In this document: positions 18,807 to 27,345 of the stretch, one piece after another
How the letters are laid out: every line of letters starts with the position of its first letter
Position numbering within the stretch: position 1 is the stretch's first letter
From: a virus
IMG/VR virus record: IMGVR_UViG_3300017963_000003
Span: 1 to 64,000 of that record
Direction: 5' to 3' (one strand)
DNA: 64,000 nucleotides
Position numbers and translations under genes: made by a program
The notes under the pieces: generated by a model
What the model was told of the DNA's origin: nothing
What the model saw: the letters and a program-made list of their open reading frames with translations, nothing else
The model's database searches: none

Positions 18807-20347
18807 CGCGTCACCTTGTCCAGAAAAGTTCTGATCGTGGTCGCCGCGTAATCCATATCACGCGAGGTCTTGACAGACCGAAGTGCTCCCGAAGGGTGCA
18901 CGCAGATAGCCACCTTGGCGTCAACGTCCCCCACGAGACCAGTAGGGTTCTCCAGGATTTCCCCACAGTGCTTGGACACCCGGCTCCGATACGGCGTCAC
19001 CGCAGACATCGCTTCGTTCCCGAAGCAGATGATGAACTTGGGCTTGAGCAGATCCAGCTCGGCGCGCAGATACGGAAGGCACGCCATGACCTCGGGGTAC
19101 GTAGGGGGTCGATTGTTCTCCGAATAGCACTTGCAGGTGTTGGTGATCCAGCACTCCGACCGGCTAACACCGATCTGCTCAAGAAATCGATCCAACCGGG
19201 ACCCCGCAGGGGCCTCGGGGAAGAAGGGCACGCCGTTCTCCAGCTCCTGCGCCCCTGGGTTGCGACCGAGGAGAAGAATCTCGCGATCTTCCGCCCCCGA
19301 AGCGTACGTGGGGCCTTTATCCCCGCAATGAGACCTCAGCTCACAACGGTTGCACTCCGAGATGGCCCAATCGACCTCCCTCAGAGAGCCCCAGGACGGA
19401 TTCTGCGCGCCGTAAGCTTCCATGTAGTCCACCATGCCCGTCAGGTCCGTTACACGGTCTGGAAGGAGCCCTGACGGCACAGGATAGCGTCTCCCTATGT
19501 GCTCCGACAAGATCTGAACCCGCATAGGGTCCCTGTAGAGGGGTTTGGACACCTGTTCGAGGAGAACTTGGCGTTCCTTCTCAGAAAGACAGTGAATCGC
19601 CTCCCGTAGAGATGGAATCTTGACGAGCCGGTACATCTCGGCAAGAAAATCCCCCTCGGGGAGTATCTTGGAGGTGGATTTCTTCTCGTCGAGTTCCTTG
19701 GCGTGCTCCGGGTTGAGCAGCTCGCCAAGACTCCCGAACCGGCGCAACAAAGCAGACCCGGTTTTCGGCCCAACCCCCTTCACCCCCGGAAGATTGTCCG
19801 AGGCATCCCCAACGAGAGCCTTCAGATCGGGAATCTGAGCACAATCCACCTCGAAGTGAGCCTGCGCGGACGTCTGATCCACGAACAGCTCCTTCTGATG
19901 GTCGTAGACGTGGACCCGGTCGCTCACGAGCTGCCAGAGATCGCGATCTCCGGTCGCCAGGATGACTTCCCAGCCACCGAGGACGTACGCGAAGTACTCA
20001 GCGAGCCACGCCAATACGTCGTCGGCCTCCACCCCGTGGACAACTACCTGACGGACTCCGTACGCGTCGAGATACCGGCGTGCGAGCATCAACTGCTCGT
20101 CGAGGGCCTCCAGATCGATGGCAGAGTCCCTCTTTTTCTGCGCCCGGTGGGCTTTGTACTCCGAGTACAGCTCCGTCCGCCACCGAGATTTCCCCCTATC
20201 CCAGCACACCACAACATCCTGAGGCGTGAATTTCGACATCACCTCGAAGAAGTAAGTGATGACCTTCTGAGCGATGCCCTCGATGGGGCTGGAGTGGGCG
20301 GCACGCCACAGAAGAGGGTTACCGTCGATGAGAAGCACGCGACTCAT
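18803..20347 (-). CDS. Fusion of 5'-3' exonuclease/flap endonuclease and family-4-like uracil-DNA glycosylase
   Basis: N-half: LLIDGN, CWD, WRTELYSEYKAHR, EADD, TGDRD, GDASDNLPGVKGVGPKT. C-half: CNRCEL, GRNPGAQE, TNTCKC, RPPT..E..AC, HPS. ATG at 20347. Confidence 0.9.
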   Translation of the reverse strand: MSRVLLIDGNPLLWRAAHSSPIEGIAQKVITYFFEVMSKFTPQDVVVCWDRGKSRWRTELYSEYKAHRAQKKRDSAIDLEALDEQLMLARRYLDAYGVRQVVVHGVEADDVLAWLAEYFAYVLGGWEVILATGDRDLWQLVSDRVHVYDHQKELFVDQTSAQAHFEVDCAQIPDLKALVGDASDNLPGVKGVGPKTGSALLRRFGSLGELLNPEHAKELDEKKSTSKILPEGDFLAEMYRLVKIPSLREAIHCLSEKERQVLLEQVSKPLYRDPMRVQILSEHIGRRYPVPSGLLPDRVTDLTGMVDYMEAYGAQNPSWGSLREVDWAISECNRCELRSHCGDKGPTYASGAEDREILLLGRNPGAQELENGVPFFPEAPAGSRLDRFLEQIGVSRSECWITNTCKCYSENNRPPTYPEVMACLPYLRAELDLLKPKFIICFGNEAMSAVTPYRSRVSKHCGEILENPTGLVGDVDAKVAICVHPSGALRSVKTSRDMDYAATTIRTFLDKVTR

Positions 20348-20396
20348 GCTCTTAAAATACAAGATGGGGTTGAAGGTGGCAGAACTAGGGGTTGGG

Positions 20397-21716
20397 CTAC
20401 TCGGCTAGACGGTTCACCAGAAGTCGTTCCCTGTCGTCCTCCTTGCGAGGCTGCTCTACCTCACGAATGAACTCCGCAGGAACCAGCCTCTGGCCTTGAG
20501 TGTTCACCTCACCCTTCAAGGCATTCCACTTGGGAACGTCGAGAACAAGCCTGAGGCAGTCGTCGAACCCGTTGGCCGTGAGCCACTCGACGATGCGCGC
20601 CTCGTCCCGCTTGATCACCGTATCCCCGACCGAAACGACCACCTGAGCCGCAAAACCGCCGTCTTCTAGGTACTTGGAGGGCTTGCCCGGCTCCGACTCC
20701 ACTCCGTGCTCCTTCACGTAAGCCATGAGAGGTGCACGAAGCTCCTTCTGGACCTCCTCGAAGGCCTTCTTGTACTCAGCCTGGGCATCACGGGCCGCAG
20801 CGTACCTCTGAAGATCCTCGCAGTACTTCACGCGAAGCTGAGCCTGCTCCTCCTGGAGTCGCTGCTCCTCGAAGTAGTCGTACTCGGGCTCGTCGATATC
20901 TCGCTCACCGTCATCAGGCTTGAAGCCCAGCGCCCCCATCGAGGGCTCGACCGGAGACAGCTTGAGGACACGGACATGACCCGCCAGGACCTGCTTCTCC
21001 TGGACCGCCCAGAGCGCCTCTCCGCCTTCGGCACGACAGATCAGCATCACGTCTCCCTGCACGACCTCCTTCTGGAGCACCTGAACCGTCAGATCCTCGA
21101 CATCGACTGCCTGCCAGGAAGCCGTCTGGGGGTTCTGCCACCAGGTAGGGCCGTTCAGGATGAGAGCAGACCCCACGGGCACCGTCAGAATAACAGCAGG
21201 CGGCACTTCCGGAGGTGGAGGAGCGTCCGGAATCGGGTCCGCAGCCGGAGCGGTGATCGTCTGGTTCCCTTCGAGGGGAGGGGTGACCTCCACGGGCGTT
21301 GAGGTCGGGACAGTAGACGAGACATTCTCGGTCGACGGGACCTCCGGCTCCGCAGGAACCTCCTCGGTTTTCTCGGGAGCCTTCTCTGCCTCCTCAGGAG
21401 CAACAGGCTTCGTCGCAGTCGTCTTCTGAGGTGCCTTGCGGGCCGGGACTGCGGGAGCTGCCGGCGCGGCCTCCCCGTCATCGACCACAGGGTCCGGAGG
21501 GACGTTCCCCATCTTCTCCAGCTCCGCCTTATGCTTGAGCTTCATGTGGGTCTTCACGTACCTCTCGGCCTTGAAACCACCTTTTCCGCAAATCGCGCAC
21601 TTCCACTTGGTCCCCTCGGACATCATCTCCTCCTTGGCAGATCGTACCCTGTCTAAGGTCCTCTCAAGCGGAGGCGTGAGAGCCCTTTCTACAGCACCGA
21701 GAGCCTTTGCAAACAT
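20397..21716 (-). CDS. C2H2 zinc-finger protein with Pro/Ala/Glu linker and C-terminal coiled-coil domain
   Basis: CAIC-x13-H-x4-H finger. ATG 21716 has a GGAGG SD; an alternative start at 21626 has AGGAGGAG. Confidence 0.75.
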   Translation of the reverse strand: MFAKALGAVERALTPPLERTLDRVRSAKEEMMSEGTKWKCAICGKGGFKAERYVKTHMKLKHKAELEKMGNVPPDPVVDDGEAAPAAPAVPARKAPQKTTATKPVAPEEAEKAPEKTEEVPAEPEVPSTENVSSTVPTSTPVEVTPPLEGNQTITAPAADPIPDAPPPPEVPPAVILTVPVGSALILNGPTWWQNPQTASWQAVDVEDLTVQVLQKEVVQGDVMLICRAEGGEALWAVQEKQVLAGHVRVLKLSPVEPSMGALGFKPDDGERDIDEPEYDYFEEQRLQEEQAQLRVKYCEDLQRYAAARDAQAEYKKAFEEVQKELRAPLMAYVKEHGVESEPGKPSKYLEDGGFAAQVVVSVGDTVIKRDEARIVEWLTANGFDDCLRLVLDVPKWNALKGEVNTQGQRLVPAEFIREVEQPRKEDDRERLLVNRLAE

Positions 21717-21762
21717 CGATTGTCCTCCCGTACAGCCCACATACAAGCCAACGAGGCAACCT

Positions 21763-21787
21763 TACTATAGCATTGAGGCTCTGTCAA
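21763..21787 (-). promoter_or_regulatory. Extended -10 promoter candidate
   Basis: Minus strand TGCTATAGT, with TTGACA only 12 nt upstream of the hexamer. Confidence 0.55.
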
Positions 21788-21795
21788 TGAAAAAA

Positions 21796-22245
21796 TCAGG
21801 AGGCGTCTTCGGAGTCCGGCGGGGTGAGGTCAGCGAAGGGGTCCCGAATCGGGGAAAGGTTCTTGATCCCCGTGATGACCATGTTGACGACGAACGCGTT
21901 CTTGGACATCTCCGCGCGCTTGGAGAACTCGACAATACGGTCATGAACAGACGAAGGGAAGCTGACCAGCATCTTCCTCGGGATGTCCGGTGCGTACTCC
22001 GTCCCTGTCAACTTCCACTGGCGTACACCGCGCCGAACCTTGTCCTCGACCACCCGGTGCTCTCTCAAAACACGAAGATTGTTCCCCACCTTTGACAAGG
22101 TGTGAGTCTCCGCGAACTTCATCTCCAAGAACTTGACCACCATCTCGGTAGTCACCCACTCGTGCTCGCGCTCTAGGTACCCCAGAGCCTCGATGATCTT
22201 GTGACGCAGGACAATAAGGGGGTCTTCCTGCCGGCCCGTGCTCAT
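21796..22245 (-). CDS. Winged-helix + ribbon-helix-helix (Arc/CopG-like) regulator
   Basis: wHTH ...LSKVGNNLRVLREHRVVEDKVRRGVRQWKL; RHH MLVSFPSSVHDRIVEFSKRAEMSKNAFVVNMV; GGAGAGGAGG SD. Confidence 0.75.
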   Translation of the reverse strand: MSTGRQEDPLIVLRHKIIEALGYLEREHEWVTTEMVVKFLEMKFAETHTLSKVGNNLRVLREHRVVEDKVRRGVRQWKLTGTEYAPDIPRKMLVSFPSSVHDRIVEFSKRAEMSKNAFVVNMVITGIKNLSPIRDPFADLTPPDSEDAS

Positions 22246-22291
22246 GAGAATCCTCCTCTCCGGTATACACCGGAAGCCTTAACATCTTGAA

Positions 22292-22320
22292 GATATATCA
22301 CGAATCCCGGAGGCTGTCAA
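22292..22320 (-). promoter_or_regulatory. Sigma70-type promoter candidate at the start of the replication module
   Basis: TTGACA-N17-TATATC on the minus strand, directly after the tail fibre stop. Confidence 0.6.
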
Positions 22321-22333
22321 TAGAGGGGAGTCT

Positions 22334-25300
22334 CTATACCCAGGTGTAGATGGGGGGAGTACCGCCGTTATAAGACGTGAAGTTGGTGAAGGTCAACGTC
22401 TCATAGAAGCACCCGCCGTAGTAGTTTGAAGGCCAGCCGCCAGATTTCGCCAAGTAGACTTTAGGGGTATCGGAAAGCAGAGAAACGGATGCAACAACGT
22501 GAATGGCATTTCCGTTGAAGAAGAATTCCGGAAGCCTCCCCGCACCGCCCGTATTCAGCAGAGACTGCACGTGCATCACGTAAGGGTGGTTTGCGGAAAC
22601 TGCCCCTGAGTTCCCCTCCCAGTTGAACGCACTCGTACTCGTGCACGTGGTGTAGAAAGTATTCCCTTCTACGTGAACAAGAGGGTATTCCCCGTTAGCA
22701 GCATCCCACCCAGAAGCCGGGAGGATGTAGAGAGCATGGAGCGGAGTAGGAACTCCGGTGAACACGGAGTCCGTATCATCGAAAACACACCCCTTGATCG
22801 AATACTGGGAAGGGTACGACGTCGGCATCCTCAAGTAGCAGAGATAACCGTAAGTGGACGAACCATTCGTGCCTGCAACGGTCTGTACACCTCCCCCAGG
22901 ACCTGCCCTTGTCGTCAGGAGACAACCGTCGATGGTCACGTTAGCGCAGTCCCTGGCCTTGATGCACGCGCTACCCGCCGGAACGTCCAAAGTGGACCCA
23001 TTGAAGATCGGCTGGAGGAGCATCTTGTTGCCGCTTAGAGAAACCCCAGCGCAATCATCCCCGTACACCACGCAATGCGAGCCTGAACCACCCCCGAGGC
23101 TGCTATAGGGGTTCCCGTTGTACGCCGCAGCCACGACCACGTTGTCGCTGATCAGAGAAAGAGGGGTGGAGGTGGCGGCGTAGATCCCCGTCCCGTTCCC
23201 GTAGATGTAGTTGTTGTTCACGGAAACTTGATTGGCGATCTTTCCGAAGAAACCCGCCCGGAGACCGCTCAGCACGTTTCCGCTGACCGTGCAGTTGATC
23301 GGCACCCTGTCCGAAGAAGACGTACTCCCCATGTAGAGCGCCGCTCCGTTAGACGAGTTGTCCCCGTTCAGGATCACGGTATTACCGGACACCGCGCTGT
23401 CCGCCAAGGCGTGGTCCACGTCGATCCCAGCCACCCGGAAAGAGGTCGTCGACATCCCAGGAAGGATGACAACGTTATCGTTGATAGTGGCACCCTGGAT
23501 TCCCTGCGTGCCCACCACATAGCTAGTACCGCTGATGTAGATCCCGCGAGTGCTGTTACCACTGGACCTGAGACCGTACAGGATGTTCGCGTCCACAGTG
23601 AGGCCCCTGGTATGGTCTCCCCCGGAAGAGGTGTGGTCCAGGGTGATGCGGATACCACGAACCGACCCCTCGGACGACAGACCTCCCATCAGGTTCTCGC
23701 TCACAGAGATCATCGAGAGGTCGGGCTCCGTCACCGTCAAATCGCACTCGACGATGACCCCCGTCAGCTCGCTGCTCAAGTAGTGCCCGGAAGAAGTACC
23801 CTTCACGAAAGCCGTCATGAAGTTACCGTCGATCTTCAGAACACCAGCTGTGTTCAGGACCGGGAAGCTATTGATGTTGGCCCGAACACCCAAATGGTAG
23901 AGATACGTCATCGTGTTGCGGGAGATCTCCACCCCGTAACACGCCCCTTCCAGGAGAACACCCCCTCCAAGATACGAGAACGCGTTCCCCGTAACGGAAA
24001 TACCACCTCCGTCGAGGAGCAGCACCCCTGTGATGATCTGCGTCGACGATCCAGAGTGCCTATCAACGTTGTTCCCCTCGATATGCACTGAGAACAGCTG
24101 ATCGACGATGATGCCCGTAGGGGAGTTGAGTTGCGCTCCGTTGTTGCCGATCCTGATCGTGTTGTCCCTGATGTAGATGTCTCTCGTATCGATACTGGAA
24201 GAAGATGTATTCTGCACCAGAATACCAGCACCGATAGCAGAATCATTCGTGTCAGGAACCTCGATGTAGTTCCCCTCCAGGTGGAGGTCTGCCACATCGA
24301 AGAGCGAGATCGCTATCGGGTAGATCGAGGGGACGCTGTAGATTCGGTTGTTCCGGACCGACCAGCTCGTCATCCCGTCGGCCTTGAGACCTGCGCCAAA
24401 GATAAACGGACAACCGATGGATACGTTGTTCTCGATAGTGACGTTGTTGACAGACGTCTCACCGATCACAAGCAGCTCCCAGGCCACGAAAGGGGCTCCC
24501 GTGCTGAAGTGATAGCAATCCCGGATCGTGGTCAAGGAACCGGCAGCGAAAGTGATCGAAGTAGCATCGTTGTTGACGATGTTGACCCCTTCGACCACGC
24601 AACCCTGCTGGACGTGCCAGTTGTAATCAGCTGCGACGTTACACTGGACGACAGCGCCAACAGGGCTCACGGAGAGCCCCTTCACGCCGCGAACATTCAC
24701 ATACTGCGGCTGCCAGACCGGAAAATCGATGGTCACGCTGCCGATGATGTTGATCCAGTGGGCACCGAGATTCTCGGTGCCGGACATCGCGTGACGCGCA
24801 TACTCAAACGCCGCGAAGAGGTTGTCGTACGCCGCCTGCCCGTGGTGGGCAACGCTGGTAGCGATACGAGACGCTACCGACCACGGATCGGTGACGTGGT
24901 TCACGTTCTGGGTGAAGTCGACAATCCGCGTAATGTCAGTGGAATCCGTAGCCAGATAGTAGAGGAGAACCCCTCGTTCCGGAGGATCTCCCGGACCCGA
25001 GAAGTGGTAGGTATCCGAAACGTTCGGGATGTTCTCCGTCAGCCCAAGAACGTACCTCATAGCCGCAGAGACGTCACCGCCGTAGCCCCCTGTGATGTCG
25101 AGAACGTGATAGTTGCCCTCCATGTCAGCCCACACGAACTGAGACGTGCTGGGGAGAGCCGAAACCGTCTGCACGGAATCCGCCACGATCCTCTGCCCAC
25201 GGCAGTAATAGGCACCTCCGTTGATATCGATGCCGAACCCGGTGCCCCCGTAGTCGTACCCAAATTCGTTGTAGACACCGTTACGCCGCATCACGCAGCC

Positions 25301-27076
25301 CGAACGTCCAAGCTCGTTATTCGGGGAGTAGATGAGGTCCTGTAGCGCGCTATCCGCCATGTTGCGCTTACAGGTGTTGCCCCAGTGACGCTTGTCCACA
25401 GAGTTCCGGCTGGAGCTGAGAGGGTTGTACCCGAGAACCCAAGAAGGTCCCGTAGGCTCGTAGTAGTACACCAGGGACGCGATGTGCATGTACTCATCGG
25501 TACCGTCGGTGAGAGACGCGAAGATGGTAATCGTGTCCGAAGCATTCGCCAGAGGCAAAAACTCGTCAGAAGCCACAGCGGAGAACGTGGGGTTGACCCA
25601 CAGATCGATCCAGTGGACGCCGTCAGCGGCATAGAGCCTGATAGCCTGCGGAGGGACGGCAACCGAGGTCACCGTGACCGGCTTGCCTCCATCCCAGATG
25701 AACGTCCACGGCGCCCCTCCCGTGCACTGCACCTCCAACGTCGCGCTGCCGGAGGGGTAGTTGTCGCTCATGTCGACGATCCAACAGCCCGTGACGTTGC
25801 GAGAGTGGCCGGAAGGCGAACCAGGGAAGGCCGCCTTCATCTCGTGGATCATATCCCCTTCGTCGGTCACCAAGACCTCGTAGAGATACGCCGACTTGTC
25901 CGTCGGAGGCGTGATAGTGACAGCCGACGTAGGTTCGACGGTAGTCAGCTTCTGCCCGTTCACGTAGTAGGTGTCGCCGCCTACAGCACCTACGACAGTG
26001 TAGGTGTCCGGGGTCTGTGTCTCGTCGATACTCACGGAGAGGAAGTTGGGCTGCGATATCCACGAGATCCCATTACAGTGCATGAGGTTCTGATGCTCAT
26101 CCAGTAGCGAGAACGACTCCCCGGTGATGTCGTCCAAAGACAACGCATGGGGGTTGGTGGGGGATAGAACACCCGTACCAAGCATGTTTCGATGCAGGGA
26201 GTCCTCGCCCGTCAGCCTCGGGATGTCCTGGTAGTAGAGATTAGAGATCGTGATGGTCTCCGTCATCGGGAACGTACCCGACGTCGGAAGAACCGACGTG
26301 GCGACAGAAATCCTGATGTACTCACCTGCACCATCAGGGACATCGATGGTCGCGTCAGCGCTGATCGTCTGCGTGGCACCTGCTCCGTTGGAGGTGGTCC
26401 ACGTGAAGTCATAAGTACTCGGAGCCGTGTAATCGTACTCAAGCGTGCCATCACCGACCGGGGTGTCCGGAGAGACCGCCAAGACGTCCACACCGAGAAT
26501 CGTCGTCAAGGCCCGAGGAGTCGCGTACAGGATGTTGTTGAACTCCAACGGGTGCTGAATACTGCTCGCGGTCAAGTCCGAAGCCGGTCCGTTGGCGGTC
26601 ACCTTGGCCAGGATCATGCACCTGTCCTGCGCGTCGTTGGCCAGATTGTCGTCCGTGGCGGCAAGCGCCAAGAACTCCGCCTCGGTGTAAACCCGAAGAC
26701 GCCAACCCATCTCGGAGAAGATAGGGTAGGTGTGTTGATCGCTCTCGTGGGGCTGACTGTGAGTGTTGTTCTCGGTGTAGATGGCCAACACGTAGTTGAC
26801 CACGCCGCTCGTCTCGTCCGACAACGCGATGTCGAAGTAATCGCTGTCGCTCTCCAGGTACTCACCGTTAGGAGCGAAACCCCCAAACTGCGTCACGTCG
26901 ATGTGCGTGTACGGGCCTGGGCCAAAGGTATTCACCGACACTACACCGCCGTACAGGATGCCCCTGCTTGTCCAGTCCAGGCGATTCCTGAGAATCTCGG
27001 CAGCCTTGGTGGTCTCGGTACGACGCAGCGCAATGTGGTCAACAGTTACGCCATCAGGATAGAGAGAACCCAGCAT
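22334..27076 (-). CDS. Tail fibre / tailspike with parallel beta-helix repeats
   Basis: 1580 aa at the end of the tail module; the C-terminal half is built of repeats of the NVTIENN/ISVTGN/VTISGN type; AGGAGG SD. Confidence 0.8.
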   Translation of the reverse strand: MLGSLYPDGVTVDHIALRRTETTKAAEILRNRLDWTSRGILYGGVVSVNTFGPGPYTHIDVTQFGGFAPNGEYLESDSDYFDIALSDETSGVVNYVLAIYTENNTHSQPHESDQHTYPIFSEMGWRLRVYTEAEFLALAATDDNLANDAQDRCMILAKVTANGPASDLTASSIQHPLEFNNILYATPRALTTILGVDVLAVSPDTPVGDGTLEYDYTAPSTYDFTWTTSNGAGATQTISADATIDVPDGAGEYIRISVATSVLPTSGTFPMTETITISNLYYQDIPRLTGEDSLHRNMLGTGVLSPTNPHALSLDDITGESFSLLDEHQNLMHCNGISWISQPNFLSVSIDETQTPDTYTVVGAVGGDTYYVNGQKLTTVEPTSAVTITPPTDKSAYLYEVLVTDEGDMIHEMKAAFPGSPSGHSRNVTGCWIVDMSDNYPSGSATLEVQCTGGAPWTFIWDGGKPVTVTSVAVPPQAIRLYAADGVHWIDLWVNPTFSAVASDEFLPLANASDTITIFASLTDGTDEYMHIASLVYYYEPTGPSWVLGYNPLSSSRNSVDKRHWGNTCKRNMADSALQDLIYSPNNELGRSGCVMRRNGVYNEFGYDYGGTGFGIDINGGAYYCRGQRIVADSVQTVSALPSTSQFVWADMEGNYHVLDITGGYGGDVSAAMRYVLGLTENIPNVSDTYHFSGPGDPPERGVLLYYLATDSTDITRIVDFTQNVNHVTDPWSVASRIATSVAHHGQAAYDNLFAAFEYARHAMSGTENLGAHWINIIGSVTIDFPVWQPQYVNVRGVKGLSVSPVGAVVQCNVAADYNWHVQQGCVVEGVNIVNNDATSITFAAGSLTTIRDCYHFSTGAPFVAWELLVIGETSVNNVTIENNVSIGCPFIFGAGLKADGMTSWSVRNNRIYSVPSIYPIAISLFDVADLHLEGNYIEVPDTNDSAIGAGILVQNTSSSSIDTRDIYIRDNTIRIGNNGAQLNSPTGIIVDQLFSVHIEGNNVDRHSGSSTQIITGVLLLDGGGISVTGNAFSYLGGGVLLEGACYGVEISRNTMTYLYHLGVRANINSFPVLNTAGVLKIDGNFMTAFVKGTSSGHYLSSELTGVIVECDLTVTEPDLSMISVSENLMGGLSSEGSVRGIRITLDHTSSGGDHTRGLTVDANILYGLRSSGNSTRGIYISGTSYVVGTQGIQGATINDNVVILPGMSTTSFRVAGIDVDHALADSAVSGNTVILNGDNSSNGAALYMGSTSSSDRVPINCTVSGNVLSGLRAGFFGKIANQVSVNNNYIYGNGTGIYAATSTPLSLISDNVVVAAAYNGNPYSSLGGGSGSHCVVYGDDCAGVSLSGNKMLLQPIFNGSTLDVPAGSACIKARDCANVTIDGCLLTTRAGPGGGVQTVAGTNGSSTYGYLCYLRMPTSYPSQYSIKGCVFDDTDSVFTGVPTPLHALYILPASGWDAANGEYPLVHVEGNTFYTTCTSTSAFNWEGNSGAVSANHPYVMHVQSLLNTGGAGRLPEFFFNGNAIHVVASVSLLSDTPKVYLAKSGGWPSNYYGGCFYETLTFTNFTSYNGGTPPIYTWV

Positions 27077-27083
27077 GTATCAG

Positions 27084-27147
27084 CCTCCTGCTACATGCCC
27101 GTCGGTATCGAGGAGATGTGACCGACGGGCCTCGGAACACGTTTCCG
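27084..27147 (-). promoter_or_regulatory. Structured 5' leader of the tail fibre gene (perfect 10-bp hairpin next to the SD)
   Basis: Arms at 27121-27130 and 27097-27106 (GCCCGTCGGT/ACCGACGGGC); the 14-nt loop contains CTCCT, complementary to the SD at 27084-27089. Confidence 0.55.
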
Positions 27148-27156
27148 GTTCCACCC

Positions 27157-27187
27157 ACTCTACCATCTCGGAGGTGGGGATTCTAAA
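27157..27187 (-). promoter_or_regulatory. Putative late promoter, TTTAGAATCCC-N14-TAGAGT
   Basis: Exact 11-mer at 27177-27187, also found at 51565 and 58815. Confidence 0.7.
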
Positions 27188-27345
27188 CCCAAGGAACCTC
27201 CAAGAAGAAACCCTGCCAAACAGAGAATCCCTACGAAAAAGGACACAAGCAGGAACGCCAAGGAGACGTCCTCAGCGAAAGAATAATACGGCAATTTCGA
27301 ACCCTTAGGTGCTATAGGAGTAACCCCCACGACGCCCCTACACAT
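27160..27345 (-). CDS. Possible small membrane peptide
   Basis: 61 aa with one hydrophobic stretch; no clear SD, and it overlaps the promoter motif. Confidence 0.25.
   Translation of the reverse strand: MCRGVVGVTPIAPKGSKLPYYSFAEDVSLAFLLVSFFVGILCLAGFLLGGSLGLESPPPRW

Noticed and set aside
22319-22336. Terminator after the tail fibre gene
   Set aside because: Only a 5-bp stem (TAGAG/CTCTA) with a very short T run overlapping the -35 box; too weak to call.
27160-27345. Second holin between the wedge and fibre genes
   Set aside because: No SD, a single hydrophobic stretch, and overlap with the promoter motif; kept only as a low-confidence ORF.
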